Assembly: GCA_044376115.1 (NCBI GenBank)
Contig: JBILLK010000009.1
Coordinates: forward strand, 32,001-96,000
Reading direction: 5' to 3'
Source of the DNA: Polyangiaceae bacterium
GTDB lineage: Bacteria > Myxococcota_A > Polyangia > Polyangiales > Polyangiaceae
Length of the DNA stretch: 64,000 nt
The notes beneath the pieces are model-generated. The model saw nothing but the letters and a program-made list of their open reading frames with translations. It did no database searches and was not told where the DNA came from. Shown piece by piece: positions 1 through 10,402 of this stretch; the first letter of the stretch is position 1; each line of letters opens with the position of its first letter. Position numbers and translations under genes: made by a program.

Positions 1-1
1 C

Positions 2-616
2 GCGCTGCGGCGCAGCTGGGCCATCGAGGGGAAGGAGGTCGCAGGCGCGGCTCAGTATTTGGAGCAGATCGAGCGAGAAGTTGCGTCGGGGTCGCGCAAA
101 GACCTCGCCCGTTGGGTACGGCGCGCCGCGACTTGGCGTGACCGCTTCGCCGTCGCCGATGAGCAAGCGCAGTTCCTGGAGGTCAGCAGCGCAACAGCGG
201 GCTGGCTCTCCGCGCCCCACAAGAACATCGCACCCACCAGCCGCTTGCTCGAGGGCTACCTCTTGCGGCTGATTCTGGCTCCCAAGGAGCAGGCCTTGCG
301 CGAACACGTCCTCGCGCGGCAGGCCTGGGGCAAGGCCGTCGAGAGCAACCTTGGGAAGGCGCGCGACGCCTTCAGCAAGCCGTGCAAACCGGGCGGGATG
401 CGCAGTTGCGATGGCGCAACGTCGAGTTCGTTCAAACAGGTGTCGGAGCGGATTGCCTGGCTCGAGAGCGAGGGAGCTGCGCTCGGGAGTGAGCTGTGCG
501 CTGCTGCACCGGAGTTGCAGACAGCGCTGGGGTCTGACTGCCCGCGACTCGCGACGCGCTATCTGCTCGCGTTCGCCAAATATGCTGGCGACCCAGAGCT
601 GCTCCAGGAATGGTGA
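2..616 (+). CDS. Hypothetical protein, 3' part (runs off window start)
   Basis: Frame is open from position 2 to TGA at 614-616; no recognisable motif. Confidence 0.6.
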   Translation, partial: ALRRSWAIEGKEVAGAAQYLEQIEREVASGSRKDLARWVRRAATWRDRFAVADEQAQFLEVSSATAGWLSAPHKNIAPTSRLLEGYLLRLILAPKEQALREHVLARQAWGKAVESNLGKARDAFSKPCKPGGMRSCDGATSSSFKQVSERIAWLESEGAALGSELCAAAPELQTALGSDCPRLATRYLLAFAKYAGDPELLQEW

Positions 617-652
617 GTTTGGCTTTAGCGCTGCTCTGGTCTCTGGTCGGTA

Positions 653-1801
653 TTAGCGCCGGTGCCCACCGACGATAAGCTTGCGCATTGGCGTCTCGAA
701 CCAGCTGAACGACGCTGTGGCGACGACCATCACCGCGACGAGCCCGCCAAGCGTACTTAGCCACTCGCTCCCAGTGATTCGGAACACCAGACGATGGCCG
801 GTGTACATCACCAACCCGTGTAGCAAGTATAGGCCATACGAGATCTTGCCGACGTGTTTGACCGCGCGGTTGTTGATGATCTTCGCTGCCCACCCCGGCT
901 GCGTGCAGGCCCCAACGACCCACAAGATCAGCAGCGCCACCATCACTGGCTCGATCATGTAACCAACGCAGTACTTGTAGAAGTGATTCCTCGTATCGAT
1001 GCTCGCGGAAACGAACAGCGTAATGGTCATTAGCAGCGCCCCACTGGTGCGCTGGGATGCGGCCGTCAAGCGTGCTGCCCAACTTGGCTCGCGCATCAAT
1101 ACGGCAACGAGGCAGCCGATCGCGAGCTGATCCGCGCGCGTGTCCAGGGCTCGGTAGAGGTAGTCCGTCGAGGTGTTGGTGCCAAAGACGAGCACGAGCC
1201 GCCACACCCAGACCGCGAGCACGGTCAGGGCCAAGCTACGGGCGATGTTCTGTTTGCGCGCGACCATGAGGCCGAGCGCCAACGGCCACAGAGCGTAAAA
1301 CTGCTCCTCGACCGCCAGTGACCAACAATGCGCGACAAAGTTCGGCTCAGCGCCGGTAAACGCTTGGTAGTAGTTGGTGACGTAAAGCAACGCCGAAACC
1401 ACGGCACCCCACGGCACTGGCCGACCGGTGGCGAGCATCAGGGCCACGTTGAACCCAACGTAGGCCAGAAAGATCGGCATCAGCCGAGCGGCCCGCCTTC
1501 GATAGAAGGCCAGCAACTGGATGCGGCCGCTTCGCTTGATCTCATCCAGCAGCAGCCGCGTAATCAAGAAGCCGGAGAGTACGAAGAACGCTCCTACTCC
1601 GAGCGAGGAGAACGGGCCGAAGAATGCACCCAGCTCGGCGTAGCGCTCGAACGCGTGTGCCACCAAGACCAGCAACACCGACACCGCTCGTACGAAGTCG
1701 AGCCCCTCGATGTGGCTGGCATTGACCGCCGCGAGCAGACGCGAGGTGCGGTCTGCCGTCGCCTCTACGCCGGCATTTGCAGCGGATTCGCCACGAGACA
1801 T
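653..1801 (-). CDS. Acyltransferase family 3 (OafA/YrhL-like O-acyltransferase)
   Basis: Motifs GLDFVRA, FFVLSGFLIT, FYRRRAARL, HCWSLAVEEQFY, GKISYGLYLLH; multiple TM helices; ATG at 1801 preferred over GTG at 1828. Confidence 0.9.
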   Translation of the reverse strand: MSRGESAANAGVEATADRTSRLLAAVNASHIEGLDFVRAVSVLLVLVAHAFERYAELGAFFGPFSSLGVGAFFVLSGFLITRLLLDEIKRSGRIQLLAFYRRRAARLMPIFLAYVGFNVALMLATGRPVPWGAVVSALLYVTNYYQAFTGAEPNFVAHCWSLAVEEQFYALWPLALGLMVARKQNIARSLALTVLAVWVWRLVLVFGTNTSTDYLYRALDTRADQLAIGCLVAVLMREPSWAARLTAASQRTSGALLMTITLFVSASIDTRNHFYKYCVGYMIEPVMVALLILWVVGACTQPGWAAKIINNRAVKHVGKISYGLYLLHGLVMYTGHRLVFRITGSEWLSTLGGLVAVMVVATASFSWFETPMRKLIVGGHRR

Positions 1802-1972
1802 CGGTTCCTTTGCTTCGAGCGATCCCACGCCTTGCGAGCAGCAATGCTTACCATCGTTGCCTTAGGCGAGTCGGGAAATCTGGTTGCTCAATGCGCCGCA
1901 GCTGGACGAAGTGGTGGAACTCTCAACAGAAAAGTGCGGGAGGGCGCTGCGCTCAAAGTCGACGCCCTCGGG

Positions 1973-2716
1973 TCAGCTCCCGGTCGAATTCCCGAGCGGC
2001 CCATCAAGTGGTGCCGTCCATCGCAAAGCGAGCAATGCAATGGCGATGGCTTCGATGGCAACGGCCACACTGAGCACAACCGGCATCCCGAGCGTCAGCG
2101 TCAATCCGCCAAGCAGCGCGCCGCCCAGCATAAAGAGCACCGCGAGCGCGCGTCGACCCCAGCGTGGGTTCGATTTGGAAGCGAGCTGCGAATCGGCGGC
2201 TAAGCCCGTGAGCGTCAAGGTGAGGACCGTCGTCGTGAGGTCGGGCACTCCAAGCTTGCGTACAATTGCGTTTCGCAAGCCCATCGCGAAGGCGAGCAGC
2301 GACACGATGACGAAGGTTGCCTCGTCGCCTAGAGTCAGCGACAAGAGCGCAGCTAGGCCAAGCCCAGCGAGTTCGACGCTGAGTCCGAGCCGCAAGGTCG
2401 CCGAAGAAAGCGTCTTCGTTACGCGTCCGCCAAGTGCAGCTCCGAGCAGGAAGCCGCCCAGCGCTTGCAAGCTCGCGGCGATCGACGCCGTCCCCTTTCC
2501 AGCCAACGCAAAGCCGAGAAATACGACGTTGCCCGTCATGTTTGCCGTGAAAACGTGGCTGAGTCCCAACACACTCGCGGCGTCGACGATACCGGTCACG
2601 AGCGTGAGCAAGAGCAGCGCGAACAGGGTGGTTGGGCGCGAGTTATTGTCGACCTTGGCGCTGGGCTCGCGCTTTGGACCATGAAGCGAGCCGTCTCCAT
2701 CGTGCGCGTGCGTCAC
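1973..2716 (-). CDS. YoaK/DUF1275 family membrane protein
   Basis: GIVDA, VFTANMTGNVVFLG, AFAMGLRNA and TTTVLT motifs. Confidence 0.88.
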   Translation of the reverse strand: MTHAHDGDGSLHGPKREPSAKVDNNSRPTTLFALLLLTLVTGIVDAASVLGLSHVFTANMTGNVVFLGFALAGKGTASIAASLQALGGFLLGAALGGRVTKTLSSATLRLGLSVELAGLGLAALLSLTLGDEATFVIVSLLAFAMGLRNAIVRKLGVPDLTTTVLTLTLTGLAADSQLASKSNPRWGRRALAVLFMLGGALLGGLTLTLGMPVVLSVAVAIEAIAIALLALRWTAPLDGPLGNSTGS

Positions 2717-2722
2717 ATGACC

Positions 2723-4513
2723 TCAGAACGCCCAGCAGTCACAGGCGCTCGGGGTCCACAGCGTGCTAGCAGGAGCGCTGGGTTCACGCCCTCGCCAGCT
2801 TGTGTGACCCGCCTGGCCAATGGAGGCTGCTGTGTTGCGCGCGGGGGACCACTCAGGCATCGCGGGCGGAGGCGGTGGCGCCATTCCGGAGAACGGCCCC
2901 GAAGCGTGCACGACCCGACCCCCGAGCAGCGTGAGTACAGAGGCAATGCCAGGGATTTCTTCTTCAGGCACGGCGAAGAAGTCGGCGGACAGAACGGCGA
3001 GGTCGGCGAGCTGGCCCACCTTGAGCTGGCCCTTGTTCCCCACGTCAGAAGAGAACCAGCTGTTCTTCTCGGTCCACATACGCAGCGCGGTTTCACGGTC
3101 GACGCGGTTCTCCTTGGGGTAGAGCTGCGTGCCGCCGAGCGTCTTGCCCGTGATCAGCCAGGCGAGCGACACCCACGGGTTGTGCGAAGCCACACGCGTC
3201 GCGTCGGTCCCAGCGCCTACTGGGATGCCCGCCGCTAACATGCGCGCGAGCGGCGGAGTGCGCCGAGCAGCCTCCTCACCGTAGCGTTGCACGAAGTATT
3301 CGCCCTGAAACATCATGCGATGTTGCACGGCGATGCCGCCGCCCAGGGCCGCAACGCGATCGATGTTTCGCTCGGAGATCGTCTCGGCGTGATCGAAGAA
3401 CCAAGGCAGACCTTGGAACGGCATGTCGCGGCTCACGCGCTCGAAGACGTCGAGCGCACGACCGATCGACTCATCGTAGGTCGCGTGCAGTCGCCACGGC
3501 CAGCGCTGCTCCACGAGCGTGCGGACTACGGCCTCGAGCTGGCCCTCCATGGTGGGCGCAAGTTTCGGTCGGGGCTCCCGGAAGTCCTCGAAGTCCGCCG
3601 CGGAGAACACCAACATCTCACCTGCACCGTTGTGCCGAAAGGTGTCGTCTCCTTGGCCCGGTGCGACCAGCTTGGACCAGGCCTCGAAATCGGCGAGCTC
3701 CCCGCCCGCTCGCTGCGTAAACAGATTGTACGCAACCCGCAGGGTGAGCTCTCCGTCGCGCGCCAACTTCTGCACGACTTCGTAGTCATCGGGGTAGTTC
3801 TGGTAGCCGCCGCCTGCGTCGATCACGCTAGTGACCCCGAGCCGGTTGAGCTCAGCCATGAACTGTCGTGTGGAGTAGAGCTGGAACTCCGGCGCGAGCT
3901 TCGGGCCCTTCGCGAGCGTTGCATAGAGAATGTTGGCGTTGGGTTTGGCGATCAGCAGGCCTGTTGGTTCACCACCTGAAGTGCGCTGAACGAATCCGCC
4001 CGGGGGATCTGGGGTGTCCTTGGTGAAGCCAGCTGCTTGAAGCGCCGCGCGGTTGAGGAGCGCGCGGTCGTACAAGTGGAGGATGAAAACAGGCGTGTCG
4101 GGCGCCACTCGATTCAGCTCCTCGAGAGTAGGCAGCCGCTTCTCGATGAACTGATGCTCTGTGAAGCCTCCTACGACCCGAACCCACTGCGGTGGAGGCG
4201 TGATGGCGACCTGACGCTTCAGCATCGCCATGGCGTCGGCTAGTGATTTCACGCCGTCCCAGCGAAGCTCCAAGTTGTAGTTCAGCCCTCCGCGGATGAA
4301 GTGAATGTGGCTGTCGATGAGTCCCGGGATCACGCGATGGGCGCCAACATCGATCACCCGCGTCGCGGAGGTTCTAAGCGGCATGACCTCCGCCAGCGAG
4401 CCGACTGCGACAAATCGACCCTGCTCGATGGCGAGCGCCTCAACCGCAGGGTTGGCTGGATCGAGTGAGGTGATTCATTTTCCGTGCAGAATGAGGTCGG
4501 GCACGACGGTCAC
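2723..4513 (-). pseudogene. YtcJ/NfdA-like amidohydrolase (Amidohydro_3) with an in-frame TGA at codon 13; the downstream ORF 2723-4384 is intact
   Basis: PGLIDSHIH, LHATYDE, FFDHAE and GTDATRV motifs and a C-terminal CxCWAF. The family-like N-terminus VPDLILHGK*ITSLDPANP is in the same frame from GTG at 4513, with TGA at 4477-4475. Confidence 0.75.
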
Positions 4514-4764
4514 TACTCCTTGTCTGCGTCTCTATTGACAGTCGCTCGTTCTCTAGAGCTGGGAGCTTCCTCCTTGGTCCACGCGCTTCGCAGCGATTCA
4601 CCTGCGATGACGCGTCTGGCGATCGCGACGCTCTCTTCACCCGTCAGCATCCCGAGCAGCCCTACCAGCGCAACGATCGGCGGAGCAGGAGAGCGCACGT
4701 CGATCAGTGCGTAGATGATGCCCACCACAAGGCCAGCCAGCAGCGACGCTACGTAGATTTTCAT
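4513..4764 (-). CDS. XapX/DUF1427 family small membrane protein
   Basis: MKIYVASLLAGLVVGIIYALIDVRSPAPPIVALVGLLGM; its stop overlaps the amidohydrolase GTG. Confidence 0.85.
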   Translation of the reverse strand: MKIYVASLLAGLVVGIIYALIDVRSPAPPIVALVGLLGMLTGEESVAIARRVIAGESLRSAWTKEEAPSSRERATVNRDADKE

Positions 4765-4790
4765 GCTCGGTCCGCGGCTTGCTGAAGCGC

Positions 4791-5442
4791 TCAGTGCCCA
4801 CCTTCGCCGTGTCCCAACATCGCTTGGGCGTAGGCGAGCCCGAGCCCGTACGCGCCTCCGTAAGCCCTGGCGACGTTGTAGACGGCATCGTACGTCGCCA
4901 CCCGCGCCCAATCGCGTTGCAGCTCGAGCAGGTATTGCAGCGACGTCATCGGACGTACCCCGGCTTGAACCATGCGATCCATGGCCCGGTCATGCGCCTC
5001 ATTGGAAACATCTCCACAGGCGTCTGCAATCACGTACACGTCGAACCCCTGGTCGACCGCCGAAAGCGCCGGACCGACGATGCATACGCTCGTCCAAAGA
5101 CCCGCGAGCACGACTCGCTTCTTTCCGAACTCGTTGACGCGCGCTGCGCTCGTCCTCCCACGTGTTCATCGTGGTTCGATCGATTGCCTTGACCTCCGGT
5201 AGCGCGTCCTTGATCTCGCTGAAGATAGGTCCCGAGAACGACTTCTCCGCCACTGTGGTGAGGATGGTCGCGACGCCAAAGACGCGCGCGGAGTTCGCGA
5301 CGAGGGCCGAGTTGTTGCGTAGCTCGATGGCATCGATCGACTTGGTAGCGAAGACCATCTGTGATTGGTGATCGATCAGGATCAGGGTGTGGTCGGAGGG
5401 TGAAAGGAGCGTTTTGCCCGGGGTGGGGGAGGCTTGCGACAT
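4791..5442 (-). pseudogene. YcaC-like isochorismatase-family hydrolase split by a frameshift near 5145-5150
   Basis: N-half (LIDHQSQM...DRTTMNTWEDER) is in ORF 4999-5442; C-half (RVNEFGKKRVVLAGLWTSVC...LELQRDW) is in ORF 4791-5111 in another frame. Confidence 0.85.
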
Positions 5443-5547
5443 GGGAGAATCTCCTGGGGTGGGGGAACTTTCCGCGGCATCTCACCCGTCTGGCGCTCGA
5501 CAAACCAGGTAAACGCGTGCGTTCTCGAATGAAGAATCGTGCGCCAT

Positions 5548-6411
5548 TCACTTTCGGCGCATTTGTCCGGGGGCAGACCCGAAGCGAGCGGCGAAGGCGC
5601 GACCGAAGTGCGCGGCATCGGCGAACCCGAGCGTCTCGGCGATCTGAGCTATGGTCAGGTCGTGACGGTTCAGTACCAGTTCGCGACCGCGCTCGAGGCG
5701 CAACTGAACCAGGTACTGCCAGGGCGACATGCCGGTTGCCGCGCGAAACCGACGGGCGAAGTGATAGGGCGAGAGCTCGGCGATCGCGGCGATTGCTGAA
5801 AGAGACAGCCCCTGGCCAAGGCGTGCCATCAGGAAGTCGTGCACACGTGCAACGGCGAGAACCGAGAGCCCTTCGTCCTTGGAAAACGGCGCGGAACGTC
5901 GGGCGTGGCGGCTGGCGAGCTGCGCTATCAACGCGGACGCAAGGGCATCCACGAGCCGCCGACTGCCAGGAGCCGTTGAGCCGACCTCGCCGCGCAGTTC
6001 GCGCGTAAGCCACACCAGCCGTTCATCGTGGAGGTCGTGGTAAGCGCGGAGTGTAACCTCCTCGCGGTTGGCGAGCGGGTGGTCTGCCAAAGCGTTAGCG
6101 ACCTGGTCCGTTGGTACCAGCACGCAGGTAGTCGAGAGCGCAGAACTCCAACCCCAGGCAAAGGGCGTCCGGGCTGGAATGAGCAAGGATCGACCCGCGA
6201 TGATTGGTTGCTCGCTCGACTCATTGGCCGCCTCGAGCGTGACCTTTCCGTCGGACGACTCGTGATGGATGCACAGCAGATGGGTCGCGAGGCCCGCGGG
6301 ATGAACGCTCTCCCCCGGTGGGTCACGACGTAGTTGCAACGACAGCGTCGCGAGATGAACCTCCCTGAGAACCTTGCCCGGGAGCGAGTTGCGATAGCCG
6401 GCGACCTTCAT
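5548..6411 (-). CDS. AraC family transcriptional regulator
   Basis: C-terminal LSPYHFARRFRAATGMSP...IAETLGFADAAHFGRAF double HTH; start uncertain. Confidence 0.9.
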   Translation of the reverse strand: MKVAGYRNSLPGKVLREVHLATLSLQLRRDPPGESVHPAGLATHLLCIHHESSDGKVTLEAANESSEQPIIAGRSLLIPARTPFAWGWSSALSTTCVLVPTDQVANALADHPLANREEVTLRAYHDLHDERLVWLTRELRGEVGSTAPGSRRLVDALASALIAQLASRHARRSAPFSKDEGLSVLAVARVHDFLMARLGQGLSLSAIAAIAELSPYHFARRFRAATGMSPWQYLVQLRLERGRELVLNRHDLTIAQIAETLGFADAAHFGRAFAARFGSAPGQMRRK

Positions 6412-6554
6412 TGAGCGACCTCGTTCAGACGGAGCGAGTGTGGAGCGGGCTCTGAGTCCGATCGGACTCGGCTGCTCGGTTGCTTGAAGCACGCGAGAAC
6501 CTAATGCCTGGTGCGTCGTCGACTAGCGCGATGGAACGTGTCAGATTGGTGCGT

Positions 6555-7484
6555 ATGTCGACCCAATCGGAGCCGATGTTGGACGGTATGGTGGCCCTCG
6601 TCGCAGTCGTCACTCGGGGCGGCTTCACACCCGCCGCGGCTTCGCTCGGCCTGCAGAAGGGCACCGTCAGTCGCCGGGTTCAAGCGCTCGAGCAGCACCT
6701 CGGAGTGCAGCTCCTTCACCGCACGACGCGGCGCAGCCGGCTGACCGAGATCGGGACGGAGTTCTACCAACGTGCCTTGAAGATCGTGGACGCAGCGCGC
6801 GAAGCCGAGGCTGTCGCTCGCGCTTCGTCCGGCCAAGTCGCCGGGGTCCTGCGCGTCTGCATGCCCGAAATGCTCGCTGAGCTATTGGCGCAGTCTGTGT
6901 TCGTTCCGTTCATGCGCGCGCACCCCGACATGTCGCTGTCGGTGGAGTTTGCGACTCGACCGGTCGAGCCTGTTCGTGATGGCTACGATTTAGTGATTCG
7001 GCCCGGGGAGCTCGGGGACCTCTCGAATCCGTCTGTCGTTCGCTCGCGCCAGCTCCCGGGCGGGCCCGTGGTGCTGGTCGGTGCGCCGGACTACCTGCGC
7101 AGAAGCGGTCGGCCACTCTACCCACGAGACCTCAGCGCGCATGCGGCGGTGGTCGCGACGGTCGGAGCAAGTCATGAATGGCCCCTGTATGGTCCGCGCG
7201 GTCCCTTGAGCACCTCTCCCCGAGTTCGGCTGCGAACGCAGTCTTCGCGGCTCGCGCTGCGCGCTGTCCTCGCTGGGGTGGGGCTCGGCGCTTTTCCGAA
7301 GTTCTTCGTCCGCGCGCCGCTAGCCACGGGTCGCCTGGAGACATTGCTCGACAACTGGCTCTCCAAGCGGCCATCGATGGTGGCTATGTATCCGAGAGAC
7401 ACCCGAGCCGTCCCGGGTTTGAAACCGTTTGCGGACCTCTTGGTGCGAGTCTTGACGAGCGTGTCGGCAGGTAGCCCGCAGTAG
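6555..7484 (+). CDS. LysR family regulator (DmlR/CrgA-like)
   Basis: GGFTPAAASLG...VSRRVQALEQHLGVQLLHRTTR HTH; DGYDLVIR; start may be 6531-6576. Confidence 0.9.
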   Translation: MSTQSEPMLDGMVALVAVVTRGGFTPAAASLGLQKGTVSRRVQALEQHLGVQLLHRTTRRSRLTEIGTEFYQRALKIVDAAREAEAVARASSGQVAGVLRVCMPEMLAELLAQSVFVPFMRAHPDMSLSVEFATRPVEPVRDGYDLVIRPGELGDLSNPSVVRSRQLPGGPVVLVGAPDYLRRSGRPLYPRDLSAHAAVVATVGASHEWPLYGPRGPLSTSPRVRLRTQSSRLALRAVLAGVGLGAFPKFFVRAPLATGRLETLLDNWLSKRPSMVAMYPRDTRAVPGLKPFADLLVRVLTSVSAGSPQ

Positions 7485-7675
7485 CGGACCTGGCCTTTCG
7501 CTGCAGTTCCACGGCGGTGCACTGTCGCGCAAAGCACGGCGCCACGGCGCGCCAGCTGCGCAAGCCGCCGTAGCCGCGGGCGCACGATTCTTATGCCCGC
7601 GGAGCACGCATGTACCTTTCGGAGGTTGCGCGAATGAAGCCATTGTGCGGCCGACGCATACGAAAGGAGTTCGAG

Positions 7676-8350
7676 ATGGTTACCGCCAATGCTGAATACC
7701 TGGAGCCGTTGACGAAGGACAATGTCGCCGTGCTCTTCGTGGACAATCAAACGGGTCTCATGTCCGGAGTGCAGTCGATCGACCACACTCTCTTGATCCG
7801 GAACACGGAGGCGCTCGCCGAACTCGCGAGGCTCTATCGGCTTCCGGTCGTGCTCACGACGACCGGCGGCGGGGCGAGCGGCCCAGGTGGAGGGCTGCTT
7901 CCAGCCATCACCGACGCGTTCCCCGACGTACCGGTCATCGACCGGATGCAATACTTCAACGCGATGTCGGACCCGAGCTTCGCGCAGGCAGTCCAAAAGA
8001 CGGATCGCAAGAAGATCTTGATTAGCGGAATCACGACCGACTACTGCGTCGTCTATCCGGCGATGAGCCTGATTCGAGCGGGCGCGCACGTCTACGTGGT
8101 GACGGATACGTGCGGCTCGTGGAACCAGCCCATCGAGGAGTCGGCGCTCGCGCGCTTGATTCAGATGGGGGCGACTCCTATCAACGTGCAGGCGGTCGCA
8201 GGAGAGCTTCAGAACAGCTACGCGGTAAGTGATCGGCCAGGCTCGCTCACCGTTCAACCTGGGCTCATGGCCTGGTTCAAGACGTACGGGCCGGCCACCG
8301 GTCTCATGCTCAAGGGCATGGAGGCTGCTGCGAAGGCGGCGGCACGCTGA
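7676..8350 (+). CDS. Isochorismatase-family (YcaC-like) cysteine hydrolase, intact
   Basis: LFVDNQ, PVIDR and GITTDYCV motifs; AAGGAG RBS 6 nt before the ATG at 7676. Confidence 0.88.
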   Translation: MVTANAEYLEPLTKDNVAVLFVDNQTGLMSGVQSIDHTLLIRNTEALAELARLYRLPVVLTTTGGGASGPGGGLLPAITDAFPDVPVIDRMQYFNAMSDPSFAQAVQKTDRKKILISGITTDYCVVYPAMSLIRAGAHVYVVTDTCGSWNQPIEESALARLIQMGATPINVQAVAGELQNSYAVSDRPGSLTVQPGLMAWFKTYGPATGLMLKGMEAAAKAAAR

Positions 8351-8353
8351 GGC

Positions 8354-8632
8354 GTGAGACCGCGTCTCCCGCCCCGTGCCCGTAACATCGTGTTCATCTT
8401 TTGGATGACTTTGCTCATGGGGCTCACCCTCTCGGCGGTCACGACGCTCCAGGCGACGGGACTCGACTCGAGCTTCTGGGCAGCCTGGCTCGCGCGCTTC
8501 GCGAGAACCTACGCGATGGTCGTCCCCACGGTGCTCGTGATGAGTCCCATCGCGAATCGCTTGACGGACGCGATCGTCGCCACTGCGCCGGACGCGCCCA
8601 GCTCGTCGACCGACGGATCGGCAATGCAATGA
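8354..8632 (+). CDS. DUF2798-like small membrane protein
   Basis: Two hydrophobic helices and FWAAWLARF; tightly coupled to its neighbours. Confidence 0.65.
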   Translation: MRPRLPPRARNIVFIFWMTLLMGLTLSAVTTLQATGLDSSFWAAWLARFARTYAMVVPTVLVMSPIANRLTDAIVATAPDAPSSSTDGSAMQ

Positions 8633-9072
8633 CGCCCGAGTACAACGCTACGCGGCGCGCCCGCTCAAATGACTTGGGTCTCCTGCTCCTCCGAATCGGG
8701 ACGACCGCGCTCATCTGGGCGTTCCACATACGCCCGAAGCTCGCTCATTTCGACGACGAGCTAGCCAGCTTCCCGGACCCAATCGGGATTGGCCACGCTG
8801 CGAGTTTCGTGCTCGCGCTGTTGTCGGAAGGGGCGTGCAGCCTGCTGGTGGCGGTGGGGCTGCTAGCCCGCCTCGCTTCCCTACCGATCCTCTTCACCAT
8901 GCTCATGGTGCTGTACCTAGCAACCCAGGGCTTCGCCGGGGCTGATGTGCAGTCCGCGCTGCTTTACGCGCTCCCTTACGCGGCTATCGTCCTCACGGGG
9001 CCCGGTCGCTGGTCGCTCGATCATCGTCTCCTACCAATGTACGACGCTCTATTTCTGCGCCTTGAGCGCTAG
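8629..9072 (+). CDS. DoxX family membrane protein
   Basis: DLGLLLLRI, FPDPIGIG, GPGRWSLD; ATGA overlap with the upstream gene. Confidence 0.88.
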   Translation: MTPEYNATRRARSNDLGLLLLRIGTTALIWAFHIRPKLAHFDDELASFPDPIGIGHAASFVLALLSEGACSLLVAVGLLARLASLPILFTMLMVLYLATQGFAGADVQSALLYALPYAAIVLTGPGRWSLDHRLLPMYDALFLRLER

Positions 9073-9881
9073 CCGAAGAGCGCTGGAAATCGCTCGACGA
9101 GGCCTTCCCACAAGCGCTCGGGCGGCGCGATCGGCGGGTCTGTGCCGAAGATTGGCTGGAGGCGTCGCAGCTGGCCGAGCTGCTCGTGGGCCTGAGCGAC
9201 CTCGTCCGCGAGCGGTAAGCTCGTCCAGTGCCTTCGGATCGGAGCGAGCTGCTGTTTGGCGTTGGCTTGGCGATCGCAGCGGCAGGGCTTGCTTGCATCG
9301 ATCAGGCCGCAGCGCTCCTCGAGCACCGGGCGCATTTTGGCCCTTGCGCGCGAGAGACGTTGCCTGAGCGCTTCCGGCGTCACCTCGCACATTTGGGCGG
9401 CCTCTACGTCGCTCGCGCCCAGCACCTCGACCAGCAGGACCGCGACGCGTTCATCGCGGCTGAGTGCGAACAACATGTTTTGCGTGCACGCGAGTCGCAC
9501 CTCCCGTTCGAGCACCCGCACCTCGCCTTCGGGCTGGGCTCCCGGCTGCGTCACCGATAGTCCGAGATCGATGATCGCCGCCATCTGTTCGAGATCGACC
9601 GGCGTTTCACGGGTGCCTTTGGGACGCCGCAAAAGATGCCTGGTTGCGATCGTGTAGCTCCAGGTCAGCAGTCGGCTCTCACCGCGGAACTGCGAGAGAT
9701 GCGTCACGATCTGGATCAGCACCTCCTGCGTCGCGTCTTCGGCGTCCGCCGTACTCCCGAGCGTGCGCAAGGCAAGCCGGTACAGCGGACCTTGAAGGGC
9801 GTGGCAGAGCGCACCGAGCGCGCTACGGTCGCCTGCGAGGGCGCGGGTAGCAAGGGGCGCGAGCGGGTCATCAGGGTGCAT
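9069..9881 (-). CDS. ECF sigma-70 factor with a Cys-containing C-terminal extension
   Basis: DAEDATQE (region 2), RQRLSRARAKM (region 4), then RCGLIDASKPCRCDR. Confidence 0.9.
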   Translation of the reverse strand: MHPDDPLAPLATRALAGDRSALGALCHALQGPLYRLALRTLGSTADAEDATQEVLIQIVTHLSQFRGESRLLTWSYTIATRHLLRRPKGTRETPVDLEQMAAIIDLGLSVTQPGAQPEGEVRVLEREVRLACTQNMLFALSRDERVAVLLVEVLGASDVEAAQMCEVTPEALRQRLSRARAKMRPVLEERCGLIDASKPCRCDRQANAKQQLAPIRRHWTSLPLADEVAQAHEQLGQLRRLQPIFGTDPPIAPPERLWEGLVERFPALFG

Positions 9882-9902
9882 GTCCGGGTCTCCGCAGAGT
9901 GT

Positions 9903-9973
9903 GAGGCATACCACCCCCCGCTTGTGACAAGCTGCTGTCGATTGTTCGTCACAAGCGAAAGGGTGCGGACCTC
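9903..9973. promoter_or_regulatory. Pair of divergent ECF-type promoters, GTCACA-N16-CCTC on each strand
   Basis: Minus strand: GTCACA 9928-9923, CCTC 9906-9903. Plus strand: GTCACA 9948-9953, CCTC 9970-9973. Both -35 regions read GTCACAAGCG. Confidence 0.7.
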
Positions 9974-9982
9974 CAAGTGGGT

Positions 9983-10402
9983 ATGGACCATCCCACAGCG
10001 AACAAATCGTGGCGCCGAGCTGGCCTCACGATGGCAACGTTACTCGCCCTTTTCATCACCATCAGCGCCTTGCGGGCGACGTTTGCGCCGGAGGCTTTTG
10101 CGGCCGCCTTCGGCCTGCCACTGCACAACTTAGCCGATAGCGGGTTCCTCGGCGTCTACGCGATTCGCAGCCTCTTCCTTTGCGCCTTCACGCTGGTGTT
10201 GGTCGCGAAGCGTGAGCTTCGGACGTTGTCCTTGTTTGCGCTGCTCGCGTGCTCGATGCCGGTCGCGGATGCGCTTTGGGTGCTGCTCAAGACGGGCGAA
10301 CCGACGGCGATGATCCGGCATGGCGTGATCGGTGCCTATCTGCTTGCAACGGCGCTCGTGCTGCGTAGGGCGACGCGGTCAGCCGGGCCGGTGCTGGCGT
10401 GA
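9983..10402 (+). CDS. DUF4267-like membrane protein
   Basis: AAAFGLP, YAIRSLFL, PVADAL and HG pattern; 4 TM helices. Confidence 0.7.
   Translation: MDHPTANKSWRRAGLTMATLLALFITISALRATFAPEAFAAAFGLPLHNLADSGFLGVYAIRSLFLCAFTLVLVAKRELRTLSLFALLACSMPVADALWVLLKTGEPTAMIRHGVIGAYLLATALVLRRATRSAGPVLA

Noticed and set aside
4475..4477. Selenocysteine or genome-wide TGA recoding in the amidohydrolase
   Set aside because: The position is not a Cys site in the family, no convincing SECIS hairpin follows, and many genes here end in TGA
5140..5160. Programmed ribosomal frameshift in ycaC
   Set aside because: No slippery heptamer or homopolymer; residues appear to be missing, which fits a deletion
7172..8629. 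Long antisense and alternate-frame ORFs (e.g. 7172-8629, 25468-27060, 29108-30745, 60022-61239)
   Set aside because: Shadow ORFs typical of high-GC DNA, overlapping well-supported genes and lacking motifs
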